Shown here piece by piece: positions 1 through 9,610 of a DNA stretch of 64,000 bases (its first letter is position 1; each line of letters begins with the position of its first letter). This DNA comes from Clostridiales bacterium (lineage in GTDB: Bacteria > Bacillota > Clostridia > Peptostreptococcales > Anaerovoracaceae). Location of the stretch: the NCBI GenBank assembly GCA_015058205.1, contig SVCS01000002.1, positions 6,396 through 70,395 on the forward strand, given 5' to 3'. A model generated the notes under the pieces. That model was not told where the DNA came from and did no database searches. It saw nothing but the letters and a program-made list of their open reading frames with translations. The position numbers and the translations under genes are program-made.

Positions 1-387
1 ATCCACAGAGCCGCATTCGGTTCCGTCGAGAGATTCATCGGAATCCTCATCGAGCACTTTGCAGGCAAGTTCCCGCTCTGGCTGGCTCCGGTACAGGTCA
101 GACTCATGACAGTAACAGAGAAGTTCACGCCGTATGCAGAGGAAGTCGGTAAGATCTTTGAGGAAGCCGGCATCCGCGTCGAGTGCGACGTCAGAAACGA
201 GAAAATTGGATACAAGATCCGTCAGGCGCGCAATGAGCGTGTTCCGTACATGTGCATCATCGGCGAAAATGAAGTCGAGGCGGGCAATCTCACAGTAAGA
301 AATGGTAAGACAGGCGATCAGATCGAGATGAAACCTGAGGAGCTCAAGGAAAAGCTGCTCGAAGAAATCGAAACGAAGGCACTTTAA
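1..387 (+). CDS. thrS: Threonyl-tRNA synthetase, C-terminal fragment (5' end outside window)
   Basis: Frame 1 is open from base 1. It translates as IHRAAFGSVERFIGILIEHFAGKFPLWLAPVQV..., followed by an anticodon-binding-domain-like region (RNEKIGYKIRQARNERVPYMCIIGENEVEAGNLTVRN). This is typical of the ThrRS C-terminus. Confidence 0.9.
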   Translation: MHRAAFGSVERFIGILIEHFAGKFPLWLAPVQVRLMTVTEKFTPYAEEVGKIFEEAGIRVECDVRNEKIGYKIRQARNERVPYMCIIGENEVEAGNLTVRNGKTGDQIEMKPEELKEKLLEEIETKAL

Positions 388-423
388 GACGCCCATAGGA
401 CAGTACGAAGGGGAAGCCTCTCT

Positions 424-2154
424 ATGAAGAAGATCGACTGGAAAATCAGCTGGCGAAAACTAAAATATATTCCTAAATCAACAGGACTCAGAATTCTGAT
501 GCTGGTAACAGGATTGGCTGAAGTCCTGTTTCTCGTGTTATTGTTTGTGCTCAATGTCCTTCCATTCACCTATGTAGCACTGATTCTTCTGGTGCTCTTC
601 CTGGTGGATGCCATCATGCTCCAGCTGATGAACGGCGTGAAGCACAGGAGGACAAAGACGCTGGGTGCCATGGTCATTGCGGCGCTGATTTTGAATGTGC
701 TGCTCATCGGCGACGTATATGTCTACAGCACCTACGATACCCTCCAAAAAATCAGCGCATGGCACGATACGTGGGAATACTACGATGTGGTAGCGCTCAA
801 GGAAGGCAGCTACAATAAGATTGGTGATGTCAAAGGACAGACCGTCTACACCGTCGATATGGAGTCCAAACAGTTGACAGAAGCCAGCGAGAGACTCATT
901 ACGAAGGAAGAAGTCGAGCTGGACACGGTCAGCGGCCTTCTGACTCTGGGACAGAAGCTGGTGGATGACGGAACAGACGTCAGCGACACGAACGTGTCGG
1001 AACTGGAGTCCGCGACAGAGGATGAAATCGCTCAGGCGGCTGAGAAACTGGACGAAGAAACCAAGAAGGATGACGATAAAGCATCTGAAGAGAACGCTGA
1101 CAGCGCAGAAGCAGATAAGGCAACGGCCACAACTGCCGCGCCGACATCGGGCGTGAAACTTCAGGATAACATTATTCTCGTCAGCCATTCGGGATATAAA
1201 CTCATCAAGTCCAACATCAAAGGATTCAAGAAGAACACAGAAATCGTATATAAGATCAAGGTCAAGAAGAGAGGCGATGACACCAGCAGGGCTGTTGATG
1301 TCACCAAGGACTCCTTCAATGTGCTCATATCAGGACTGGACTCCTGGGGGACGATCGATGAAGGCGGGCTCAGCGATGTCAACATGGTCATGACTGTCAA
1401 TCCGCAGACCAGACAGATCCTGCTCACATCCATTCCACGTGACAGCTATATTCCGCTCCATTCCTACGGAGCGAAGGACAAGCTGACTCACTCCGGCATA
1501 TACGGGCAGGATGAGACCAGGATGACCATCGAGGACTTCCTTGATATCGAGATTAACTACACCATCAGAGTGAACTTCTCCATGCTGGTCGACCTGATCA
1601 ATGCCATCGACGGCATCGACGTGTATTCGGATTACGCCTTTGAATCGGCCATCACAGACTGGACCTATGAAGAGGGCTGGAACCACTGCACCGGCAAGAA
1701 AGCCCTGTACTTCGCCAGAGAGCGTAAGGCCTTCTCAGACGGCGACATGCAGCGGAACAAGAACCAGCAGAAAGTTCTGGAAGCCACGCTTAAGAAAGTC
1801 ACTTCCAGCAAGGTCATCATGACCAGATACACGAAGATTCTGGACGCCGTGGAAGACGAGATGTGGACAGACATGAGCGATAAGGATCTGAGGAAGCTCG
1901 CCAAGATGCAGCTCCGCAATATGAGCAAGAAGTGGACTGTTGAGAAGGTGAACGTGACAGGTTCCACGGGAGGGGCGCCGTGCTTCAGCATGGGCAACCA
2001 GAACCTATCCTGTGTATTCCCGACGGAAGAATCCGTAGAGAAGGCAAAATCTGCGATTCATGATATAATGTACCCGGTAGAGAATGCGCAGCCGCAGAGC
2101 AGCACGCAGAAGAGTACTGAAGCGAGTGAAACCAATGAAGAGGTCGAAGAGTAA
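424..2154 (+). CDS. LytR-CpsA-Psr (LCP) family glycopolymer-to-peptidoglycan ligase with a long acidic linker
   Basis: N-terminal TM segments are followed by a D/E/A/T-rich linker. The LCP core follows: SDVNMVMTVNPQTRQILLTSIPRDSYIP...DKLTHSGIYG...INAIDGIDVYSDYAF...ALYFARERK. Confidence 0.85.
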   Translation: MKKIDWKISWRKLKYIPKSTGLRILMLVTGLAEVLFLVLLFVLNVLPFTYVALILLVLFLVDAIMLQLMNGVKHRRTKTLGAMVIAALILNVLLIGDVYVYSTYDTLQKISAWHDTWEYYDVVALKEGSYNKIGDVKGQTVYTVDMESKQLTEASERLITKEEVELDTVSGLLTLGQKLVDDGTDVSDTNVSELESATEDEIAQAAEKLDEETKKDDDKASEENADSAEADKATATTAAPTSGVKLQDNIILVSHSGYKLIKSNIKGFKKNTEIVYKIKVKKRGDDTSRAVDVTKDSFNVLISGLDSWGTIDEGGLSDVNMVMTVNPQTRQILLTSIPRDSYIPLHSYGAKDKLTHSGIYGQDETRMTIEDFLDIEINYTIRVNFSMLVDLINAIDGIDVYSDYAFESAITDWTYEEGWNHCTGKKALYFARERKAFSDGDMQRNKNQQKVLEATLKKVTSSKVIMTRYTKILDAVEDEMWTDMSDKDLRKLAKMQLRNMSKKWTVEKVNVTGSTGGAPCFSMGNQNLSCVFPTEESVEKAKSAIHDIMYPVENAQPQSSTQKSTEASETNEEVEE

Positions 2155-3250
2155 TCAAAGAGGGATTCATATTATCCCTAAAGGGAAAGGATACGCGGCC
2201 GCACTGATTGTGTTGCTGTTTGTAGAAGCTCTCTTTCTCTTCATACTGATGGCAATGAATATTCTGCCGGCGAAGTATGAAGTGCTGATCGTCCTGGTGC
2301 TGGCGGCAGTAGACTTCGTGGTGGCTGTTCTTCTGTCAGGCGAAAAGAGCAACAAACTGGGTCTGGTGCTTTTGCTTATCATCGTATTGAATATGGGCGT
2401 CGGGTGCTTCGGTATGTTTGGAACATACAGTGTGCTCGGCGGCATCTTCGCCGGAGGGAAGGCACCTGCGCCGGGTGAACCGTTCAACCTGTTCATCTCA
2501 GGGATTGACTCGCGAAACGGCATTGAGGAAACGGCCAGGAGCGATGTCAACATGATTGTGACGGTGAATCCTCATAAGAGAGAAGTCCTTCTGACATCTA
2601 TGCCGAGGGATTCTTATGTACCCCTGCACATGAACGGGGAAATGGATAAACTGACCCATACAGGAATCTACGGAATCGACGAGACGATTGGAACAGTAGA
2701 AGACTGGATGGGCGTGGATATAGACTATTACGCTAGAGTGGACTTTCAGATGCTGGTCAATCTGGTGAACGCCATCGGCGGCATCGATGTGTATTCCGAC
2801 TACGCCTTCAAGTCAGCCGTAACGGATTGGACGTATGAGAAGGGATGGAATCACTGCACCGGCAAGAAGGCGCTCTACTTTGCGCGTGAAAGAAAGGCTT
2901 TCAAAGGCAAAGACCAGGAGAGAATCAAAAATCAGCAGAAGGTTCTCAAGGCGATATTCAAGAAGATCACAACAAGCGAAACGCTGCTTTTGAATTATAC
3001 AGATATTCTGAAAGCTGTTGATGGTGAAATGCAGACAGATATGCCGATGAGCATGATTTCCAGTCTGGTCAGAAACCAGTTGGAAACAAAAGAAGAATGG
3101 ACCATCAAACGGCAGCAGGTAAAGGGCAAGATGGATCAGAAAGGGACATGGAGCATGGGTCCCGGAAGACCTCTCGATGTCTGCATCATCAACGAAAAAT
3201 CACTTAACAATTGCGTAGACCGGATAAACGCCCTGATGGCGGAGGATTGA
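2135..3250 (+). CDS. LCP family protein, paralog of the upstream gene
   Basis: Same core as the upstream gene (SDVNMIVTVNPHKREVLLTSMPRDSYVP...DKLTHTGIYG...VNAIGGIDVYSDYAF). I prefer the ATG at 2135 (MKRSKSNQ...) over the track start at 2084, which overlaps the upstream CDS by about 70 nt. Confidence 0.85.
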   Translation: MKRSKSNQRGIHIIPKGKGYAAALIVLLFVEALFLFILMAMNILPAKYEVLIVLVLAAVDFVVAVLLSGEKSNKLGLVLLLIIVLNMGVGCFGMFGTYSVLGGIFAGGKAPAPGEPFNLFISGIDSRNGIEETARSDVNMIVTVNPHKREVLLTSMPRDSYVPLHMNGEMDKLTHTGIYGIDETIGTVEDWMGVDIDYYARVDFQMLVNLVNAIGGIDVYSDYAFKSAVTDWTYEKGWNHCTGKKALYFARERKAFKGKDQERIKNQQKVLKAIFKKITTSETLLLNYTDILKAVDGEMQTDMPMSMISSLVRNQLETKEEWTIKRQQVKGKMDQKGTWSMGPGRPLDVCIINEKSLNNCVDRINALMAED

Positions 3251-3252
3251 CA

Positions 3253-4059
3253 GTGAACACAGTAAGAGAGATTTTTAATGAACACAAATTATATGGAAGG
3301 CAGATTTTGAAGCTGGCTAAAGCGGACCTTGTTAAGACATACAGAGGTTCTGCTCTAGGTTGGGCATGGGCTCTCGTCAAACCGGTTGTTACGATATTCG
3401 TATTCTGGTTTGCGTTCTCATATGGACTTAGAATGGGCAGAGAGATAGATGGTTTTCCATTCTTTCTTTGGCTGATTGCAGGGTTTGTACCATGGTTTTA
3501 TATGCAGAGCATGATCACCGGCGGCGCAGGATGCATCAGAGCTAATAATCAGTTGGTTACGAAGATGCACTTTCCTGCATCTGTTGTACCAACATTTGTG
3601 AGCATCTCAAAGTTGTTTATTAATATCATACTGGTTGTGATTATGATTGTTATATTCTGGGCATTCGGACATCCGCCGACGATCTATTATCTGAACATTC
3701 CGGTATACATGGCGATGATGTTCGTCTGGTTTACGATCTGGGCGCTCTTCTCGGGAATGCTTTCGGCTATGAGCCGTGACTTTCTGAATCTGATCAAGGC
3801 TTTGTCACAGGCCATTTTCTGGATGTCAGGCATCATATACGATGTTAACAGCATTGATGTGCACTGGATCAAGTCGATGTTGTGTTACAACCCGGTTACG
3901 ATTATTGCGACAGGTTTCAGATATACTTTTGTCTATCAGAAGTGGTTCTTCGAAGACGCGTATATGTTAAGATGCTACTTCATTTGTCTCATTGTAATCA
4001 TTATTCTGGCGATTTGGGCATATAAGAAGACATACAAGGATATACCAGACGTTCTGTAA
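3253..4059 (+). CDS. tagG: ABC-2 type polysaccharide/teichoic acid export permease (TagG/TarG-like)
   Basis: Polytopic membrane protein whose N-terminus (ADLVKTYRGSALGWAWALVKPVVTIFVFWFAF) matches the TagG/ABC-2 pattern. GTG 3253 lies 7 nt after a GGAGG (3241-3245) and is preferred to the in-frame ATG at 3211. Confidence 0.8.
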   Translation: MNTVREIFNEHKLYGRQILKLAKADLVKTYRGSALGWAWALVKPVVTIFVFWFAFSYGLRMGREIDGFPFFLWLIAGFVPWFYMQSMITGGAGCIRANNQLVTKMHFPASVVPTFVSISKLFINIILVVIMIVIFWAFGHPPTIYYLNIPVYMAMMFVWFTIWALFSGMLSAMSRDFLNLIKALSQAIFWMSGIIYDVNSIDVHWIKSMLCYNPVTIIATGFRYTFVYQKWFFEDAYMLRCYFICLIVIIILAIWAYKKTYKDIPDVL

Positions 4060-4073
4060 GAGGATATATTAAA

Positions 4074-4799
4074 ATGGCTGAAACAGTAATCAAATTTGAC
4101 CATGTGGTTAAACGCTACAAACTATTTAAGAATGATAGAGAACGTTTCCTGAGTATTTTTTCTAAAAAGGCAAGATACAAGGAAAAACTTGCGACCAACG
4201 ACTTGTCCTTTGAAATCAAAAAAGGAGAGGGCGTTGCTTTCATGGGCAGAAACGGCGCCGGCAAATCCACCATTCTCAAGATGATTACAGGTGTTTGCTA
4301 CCCGACGTCGGGTACCATTTACGTCAATGGCAGAGTCAGCGCACTGCTGGAATTGTCCGCTGGATTCAACCCGGAATTCACAGGCAGAGAAAACATCTAC
4401 CTGAAGTGCAATATCATGGGTATGAACAACGATGAAATCAAAGCAATCGAACAGGATATTGTAGATTTCGCGGAATTGGGCGAATACATCGACCAACCGG
4501 TCAGAACATACTCAAGCGGTATGAAGGCACGTCTTGGTTTTGCAATCAATGTCAGCATTGATCCGGAGATTCTCATCGTCGACGAGGCATTGAGCGTCGG
4601 TGATAAGAACTTCAGAAAGAAGTGCACGAATAAGATGCGTGACATCATGCATCATGAAGATGTAACACTGCTCTTTGTAACTCACTCACTGGAGACGGCC
4701 AAGGAATTCTGCACTAGAGGAATCGTCCTCGAGAAGGGCACCATGAAGTTTGACGGCGGTATTCAGGAGGCAATCAATTATTACGAAGGTAAGTACTAG
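4074..4799 (+). CDS. tagH: Teichoic acid/polysaccharide export ABC ATP-binding protein (short TagH/TarH type)
   Basis: Walker A is GRNGAGKSTILKMITG, the ABC signature is YSSGMKARLGFA and Walker B is ILIVDEALSVGD. It sits immediately downstream of the permease. Confidence 0.85.
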   Translation: MAETVIKFDHVVKRYKLFKNDRERFLSIFSKKARYKEKLATNDLSFEIKKGEGVAFMGRNGAGKSTILKMITGVCYPTSGTIYVNGRVSALLELSAGFNPEFTGRENIYLKCNIMGMNNDEIKAIEQDIVDFAELGEYIDQPVRTYSSGMKARLGFAINVSIDPEILIVDEALSVGDKNFRKKCTNKMRDIMHHEDVTLLFVTHSLETAKEFCTRGIVLEKGTMKFDGGIQEAINYYEGKY

Positions 4800-4801
4800 A
4801 C

Positions 4802-5956
4802 ATGGGATTTGCGATAAGGCTGCTCAAGGGAGTGCTGGCGCTGATATACGCGTTCATGAAGCTGCTTCCCGTCAAGGACAATAAAATCGTCTTCTGCAGC
4901 AGGCAGAGCAGTGTGGTTCCACTGGACTTTGCACTGATACAGGAGGAACTTGAGAAACGGCAGGATGGGCTTTGCGTTGTCAATATCTGCAACCGGATCG
5001 GCAAGGGCGCCGGTGCGTATGCTTCCTTTGCAGTCGATACATTGAAGAGCATGAAGCATATGGCCACCTCGAAAGTATGCGTCCTCGACACATACTGGCC
5101 GGCTGCGAGCATGCTGAATCATAAAAAAGAACTGACTATCATACAGATATGGCATGCCATCGGCAAGATCAAGAAATCGGGCATGATCACAGCCGGAACC
5201 AAAACCGGCAGAGACCCGAAGATAGCAGCTCTTTTTAATATGCATGAGAAGAATGATTACATCATCGCAGGAGCGAAGGCCTTCGATCAGTTTTATCGGG
5301 ATTCCTTCGGCGACTACGATTACACACTTCTCAATTACGGACTCCCGAGGATCGACTATCTGATCAATAATGAACAGGCGAACAGAGAGCGGTTTTTCGA
5401 GGAGAATCCTGAGCTGGAAGGAAGAACGATCCTGCTCTACGCACCGACATTCCGGAGAGGAATGGAGGCAAGATGGCGGGATATCATCGACGTTGTCGAT
5501 CCTGAGAAATACACACTGATCATCAAGAACCATCCGACGCAGAGAATCGAAGGCGAACGACCTGCTGAGCACGTCAAGTACTTCGACAACTGGGAAGCGG
5601 TCGATCTGCTGGCAGTCAGCGATTATGTCATTACGGATTATTCTGCGATCGCACTGGAAGCGGCAGTGCTCAGGAAAAAGACACTGTACTGGGTCTATGA
5701 CTACGACGCCTTCGTAGCAGAAAATGGACTCAATGTAGATATGTTCGAGAGCATGCCGGGGCTGGCGTTCAAGGACGCCGCTGAAATGATGGCCTTTATC
5801 GATAAGAACGAGTATCCGATGGAGCGGCTGGATGCTTACAGGCAGAAGTATCTGCCGGAGGATCTGGGGCATTCCGCCGAGAAAATCGCCCAGCTGATTC
5901 TCGATACATTGGACGGCAAGACTGTCGAAGGAAACGGAACCGTCAAAGGAAACTGA
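4802..5956 (+). CDS. CDP-glycerol glycerophosphotransferase family protein (TagB/TagF type)
   Basis: Has the LLYAPTFRRG motif plus VITDYSAIALEAAVLRKKTLYWVYDYD, both characteristic of the TagB/TagF family. Size is about 380 aa. Confidence 0.8.
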   Translation: MGFAIRLLKGVLALIYAFMKLLPVKDNKIVFCSRQSSVVPLDFALIQEELEKRQDGLCVVNICNRIGKGAGAYASFAVDTLKSMKHMATSKVCVLDTYWPAASMLNHKKELTIIQIWHAIGKIKKSGMITAGTKTGRDPKIAALFNMHEKNDYIIAGAKAFDQFYRDSFGDYDYTLLNYGLPRIDYLINNEQANRERFFEENPELEGRTILLYAPTFRRGMEARWRDIIDVVDPEKYTLIIKNHPTQRIEGERPAEHVKYFDNWEAVDLLAVSDYVITDYSAIALEAAVLRKKTLYWVYDYDAFVAENGLNVDMFESMPGLAFKDAAEMMAFIDKNEYPMERLDAYRQKYLPEDLGHSAEKIAQLILDTLDGKTVEGNGTVKGN

Positions 5957-5957
5957 T

Positions 5958-6581
5958 ATGAGATTTGTCATCATGGCCGACGGCCAGGGAACAAGATGGA
6001 ATAACTATATGGGTGTGCCTAAGCATCTGGCCCTTGTGGACGGAGAACCTGTTCTCGGCAGGACCGTACGTCTGCTGCGGGAAGTTGCTGCAGAAGCTGC
6101 AGCTGCGTCAGGTGCTGCTTCAGGTGGCAACGATCCGGAGATCATCATCACATCCCATGATGAGCGGTATGAGTTCGAAGGCGCGACGAGACACGAGCCG
6201 GAGAACAACATCTACGAGATTGACCGGTTCACGACAGAGCTGGTCTGCGATGAAATGTGCTTTCTCTACGGAGACACCGTATACGATAAGGAAGTGCTGG
6301 CGGACATCGTCGCATCTGATGCAGAAGACATCCTCTTCTACGGCAACAGGAAATCCGTTGTGGCTGTGCGGATCGGCGATGCAGAGCTGTTCAGGAAGCA
6401 CTTCAACAGAGTGAGGAATCTCTTCGTAGACGGCAAAATAGAAAAATGCAAAGGCTGGCAGATCTACCAGTCAGTGACGGGGCAGGATTTACGTGAGAAA
6501 CCTGTCATCGGTGAGAAGTTCGTATTGGTCGACGAACATACTACAGATATCAATACACCGGAGGAATACAGAAACATATGA
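5958..6581 (+). CDS. Nucleotidyltransferase (MobA/LicC-like NTP-transferase fold); substrate unknown
   Basis: The N-terminus FVIMADGQGTRWN...PKHLALVDGEPVLGRTV resembles the (L)xxGxGTR(L/W) signature of sugar- or alcohol-phosphate nucleotidyltransferases. It contains an Ala/Gly/Ser-rich insert. Confidence 0.6.
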   Translation: MRFVIMADGQGTRWNNYMGVPKHLALVDGEPVLGRTVRLLREVAAEAAAASGAASGGNDPEIIITSHDERYEFEGATRHEPENNIYEIDRFTTELVCDEMCFLYGDTVYDKEVLADIVASDAEDILFYGNRKSVVAVRIGDAELFRKHFNRVRNLFVDGKIEKCKGWQIYQSVTGQDLREKPVIGEKFVLVDEHTTDINTPEEYRNI

Positions 6582-7621
6582 TGAATTTCTGCAGAAAAGC
6601 GCTCAAAAAGATCAAGCTGTTCGTGCTCTACTGGACACGGATTGTCTTCGTGCGCAACAATTTCAAGGTCCCGTTCCTCACGAAGGTAAGGGCGAACCTC
6701 AACGGTTATCTTGGAGACCAGTACATTCTCTACGATTTCAAACACACGGACAAGAACGAGTATCTTTCGGAGTTCGACTGGTACCGGTCCAGATATATCA
6801 ACGAGCCATTTGACTTCGCTTTCAACAACAAAGTTGTCTGCGCGGAGATGCTCAAACACCACATTCGGTTCTCCCAGAATTACTTCATCATCAACAAGGG
6901 CGTACTTCACGATTTCGAACATGGTCCGCTCACCTTCGATGCAGTATTCGATAAGATCATCGAAGAAGGGAAGCTGGTCATCAAGCCTTTCGCCATGGGC
7001 AAAGGCAACGGCGTCCACCTGCTGTCCTACGAGAACGGGAAGTTCTTTATGGACACAGAGGAGAAAACCCGCGAAGAACTGGAAGCTTATCTGAAGAAAC
7101 TAGACATGTATGTGTTCTGCGAGTACATCCATCAGCATCCGTATTCAGACAAGCTCTACGATAAGACCACGAACACCATCCGTTTCATCACCATGCGCGA
7201 TATCGACACCCATGAGATGAAGGTGTTCCGCGCCGTTCAGAGAATCGGCCGCAAGGAGACGATTCCGGTGGATAACGGAAGCAAGGGCGGCCTCGTGGCA
7301 AACATCGATCTGGAAACAGGCATGCTCAGCGAAGCAAAATGCCTGAAGGAACTGGGCAGTTGGGACGTGCATCCTGACTCCGGCAATCCAATCAAAGGCG
7401 TTGTCATTCCGGATTGGGACGGCATCAAGAAGGAAATCCTCGACGTATGCAAGAAGATTCCGTACATGGACTTCATGGCCTGGGATCTGCTCATTACCGA
7501 GGAAGGGCCTTGCGTCATAGAAATCAACACATCATCAGGTATCAACATCATACAGCTGTGGGGAGGACAGAAGCAGGGAGAGCTCGGCGACTTCTTCCGC
7601 CACTACAAAGTCATCAAGTAA
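6578..7621 (+). CDS. Sugar-transfer associated ATP-grasp (ATPgrasp_ST-like) amidoligase
   Basis: Blocks are VIKPFAMGKGNGVHLL, EYIHQHPY...NTIRFITMRD, RIGRKETIPVDNGSKGGLVANIDLETG, HPDSGNPIKGVVIPDWDGIKK and MAWDLLITEEGPCVIEINTSSG. The start overlaps the upstream stop (ATGATGA). Confidence 0.7.
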   Translation: MMNFCRKALKKIKLFVLYWTRIVFVRNNFKVPFLTKVRANLNGYLGDQYILYDFKHTDKNEYLSEFDWYRSRYINEPFDFAFNNKVVCAEMLKHHIRFSQNYFIINKGVLHDFEHGPLTFDAVFDKIIEEGKLVIKPFAMGKGNGVHLLSYENGKFFMDTEEKTREELEAYLKKLDMYVFCEYIHQHPYSDKLYDKTTNTIRFITMRDIDTHEMKVFRAVQRIGRKETIPVDNGSKGGLVANIDLETGMLSEAKCLKELGSWDVHPDSGNPIKGVVIPDWDGIKKEILDVCKKIPYMDFMAWDLLITEEGPCVIEINTSSGINIIQLWGGQKQGELGDFFRHYKVIK

Positions 7622-7657
7622 CAACTCGAATGAGTTGAGAAATGTATCACGAATAAA

Positions 7658-9583
7658 ATGAATCTGTTTACAAGAGTTTTCATGTATATGTACATATTCC
7701 GGCCGACTTCCAGAGGCGTCAACACTTTGTCTGCCAAGAAGTGGTTCCGGAAAATCCATCGGGATTTCCGCCGCAACAGAAAGTATTCGGTCTCCCGGAA
7801 ACTCAAGGCATACAGCGCAGGCTGGCTGCCTGCTTACATGAGCAGATTCGGTCTTGATAAGGAGAGCGCCCGCGACATCGTCTGCGAGCGCGATTATCTT
7901 TATCTGCAGCCTATCAACGGCGCCTACAGCAAATGGCTGGATGCAGATGAAGTAACCGAAAAAATCTTTTATCCATTCACAGATTATCTGAAACTGGGAA
8001 CCGACTGCGATGCAGACGGTGCTTCTGATGCGCCGGAATCCCGTAGCGTCCGCATCATCGTCACGAATGAGAAGGGGTATAACCCAATCATCACCGAGGT
8101 CCTCGGTGACAACGACGTGCCTTGCTGGGACGAGGTGGTTTCCGTGACAGACAAAATCGCCAGATTTGCTCCGCAGCTAGGATTCTTCGCAGCGGATGTT
8201 GCCTTTGCAGAAGACGGCAGGAGCTTCTGGTTCACGAAGTTCTACAACTATCCGGAGTATCCGGAGGATTACATCTTCAGCAAGGAGACCAACGACTTCC
8301 TGAAGAAGAAGCTTCGTGAAAGCAAAGAGCGCGCCGCCAATGTCAAGCTGCGCCGCGCCAACGCCAGAGAGCGCGTCATGTTCAAGACCAGAAAGCTCTT
8401 TACGATGGCGTTCTTCCCGAAAGATCTGGTGCCGTATCTGAGCGTCAGATGGATCAGCGAAGTCACGAAGGATCTTTTCAGCAACACAGGAGTGTCTCTT
8501 GGGGATAAAATCTGGGCCTACCGGCATGGCTTCCTGTCCTACAGAATTCCGCAGTACGGCATCACCAGAGAGAACCATCTGAACTTCATCTCTGACTTTG
8601 AATATAAGTGGCTGCGCCACATCAACGGCGACTACAGGCTGCTCTTTGAAGATAAGATTACGATCAAATACATCGTAAACGAGTTCAGGGAGTGCTTCCC
8701 GGATTACTACTACCACATCAAGACGGATATCGATGAGAACGTCATCATCCCGATGATGGACTGCCCGGAAGGCTATGGCAGAGATTACAGCGATATCATC
8801 AGACTGGCCAAGGAGAAGGGCGTACTTGCCCTGAAGCCGGATGAAGGTTCACACGGAGAAGGATTCTACCGGCTGAAGTATGTGCCGAATGAGACTTCGG
8901 ACGGTCAGAGCGGCGGCAACGGTAACGGAGACGGCTGCGGAAGCGGCGGACGGTTCTATCTGAACTTCGATGAAGCTTCCGAAGAGCGGGTGATCAACCT
9001 CCTTAGCGACACAGCCAACCAGTATCTCGTTACGGAATACATCGACAACCATCCGCAATTCAAGGCCATTTACGACGGTGCCGTCAACACGGCTAGAATG
9101 ATCGTCTTCAAGGAAGACGGCGTACATCCTGTGTTGGGCAACGCGTACCTGCGCTTTGGCTCCAAGCAGACCGGTGCCGTAGACAACATGGGCGCGGGCG
9201 GCATCTTCGTGCAGGTGGATATCGATACGGGAAGATACCACGATGCGAAGATCATCACGCACAACTCCATCATTCCATGTCCGGTCCATCCGGATACGAA
9301 GGTTCCTTTGGAAGGGTATATCCCGCACTGGGAGGATGTGAAGAAAACGGTTCTCGCAGTGGCAGAAAATATTGCGCCGCTGGAGTACTTCGGATTCGAC
9401 GTGGCAATTACCGAGACAGGAATCAAATTCCCTGAGATCAACCGGTTCCCGGATTATCCGAAGATCGAGAAACTCAGCCCGATTACGACCAAGTATCTGC
9501 TGGGTAAACTGGAACAGAAGAAAAAACGCGTCGGCTATGACAAGCACCCGTGCCGTAAGCTGGTGCACCTGCCGAAGCGGTAG
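7658..9583 (+). CDS. ATPgrasp_ST-like amidoligase preceded by a truncated, degenerate second copy
   Basis: The C-terminal half has LALKPDEGSHGEGFYRL, EYIDNHPQF...NTARMIVF, RFGSKQTGAVDNMGAGGIFVQVDIDTG, HPDTKVPLEGYIPHWEDVKK and FGFDVAITETGIKFPEINRFP. The N-terminal third ends in a similar tail (FFAADVAFAEDGRSFWFTKFYNYPEYP). A Gly/Asn-rich insert is encoded at about 8895-8950. Confidence 0.65.
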   Translation: MNLFTRVFMYMYIFRPTSRGVNTLSAKKWFRKIHRDFRRNRKYSVSRKLKAYSAGWLPAYMSRFGLDKESARDIVCERDYLYLQPINGAYSKWLDADEVTEKIFYPFTDYLKLGTDCDADGASDAPESRSVRIIVTNEKGYNPIITEVLGDNDVPCWDEVVSVTDKIARFAPQLGFFAADVAFAEDGRSFWFTKFYNYPEYPEDYIFSKETNDFLKKKLRESKERAANVKLRRANARERVMFKTRKLFTMAFFPKDLVPYLSVRWISEVTKDLFSNTGVSLGDKIWAYRHGFLSYRIPQYGITRENHLNFISDFEYKWLRHINGDYRLLFEDKITIKYIVNEFRECFPDYYYHIKTDIDENVIIPMMDCPEGYGRDYSDIIRLAKEKGVLALKPDEGSHGEGFYRLKYVPNETSDGQSGGNGNGDGCGSGGRFYLNFDEASEERVINLLSDTANQYLVTEYIDNHPQFKAIYDGAVNTARMIVFKEDGVHPVLGNAYLRFGSKQTGAVDNMGAGGIFVQVDIDTGRYHDAKIITHNSIIPCPVHPDTKVPLEGYIPHWEDVKKTVLAVAENIAPLEYFGFDVAITETGIKFPEINRFPDYPKIEKLSPITTKYLLGKLEQKKKRVGYDKHPCRKLVHLPKR

Positions 9584-9610
9584 ACGTCAGTCACTGCTTT
9601 CGCTTATAAT

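Noticed and set aside
2084-2134. Upstream start for the second LCP gene, giving an Arg-rich 17-aa leader and a 71-nt overlap.
   Set aside because: ATG 2135 gives the normal short cytoplasmic tail before the TM segment and a much smaller overlap. The choice remains provisional.
4796-5974. A 392-aa ORF on the minus strand exactly mirroring the TagB/TagF-type gene.
   Set aside because: The plus-strand product carries clear family motifs (LLYAPTFRRG, ITDYS...). The minus-strand translation is low-complexity, Arg/Cys/His-rich and has no recognisable motif. It is a typical shadow ORF of a codon-biased gene.
5965-6414. A 149-aa alternative-frame ORF overlapping the nucleotidyltransferase gene. Other nested same-strand ORFs include 6711-7094, 21302-21808 and 57111-57638.
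   Set aside because: These are out-of-frame ORFs inside well-supported genes. They are Arg/Ser/Thr-rich with no motifs or RBS.
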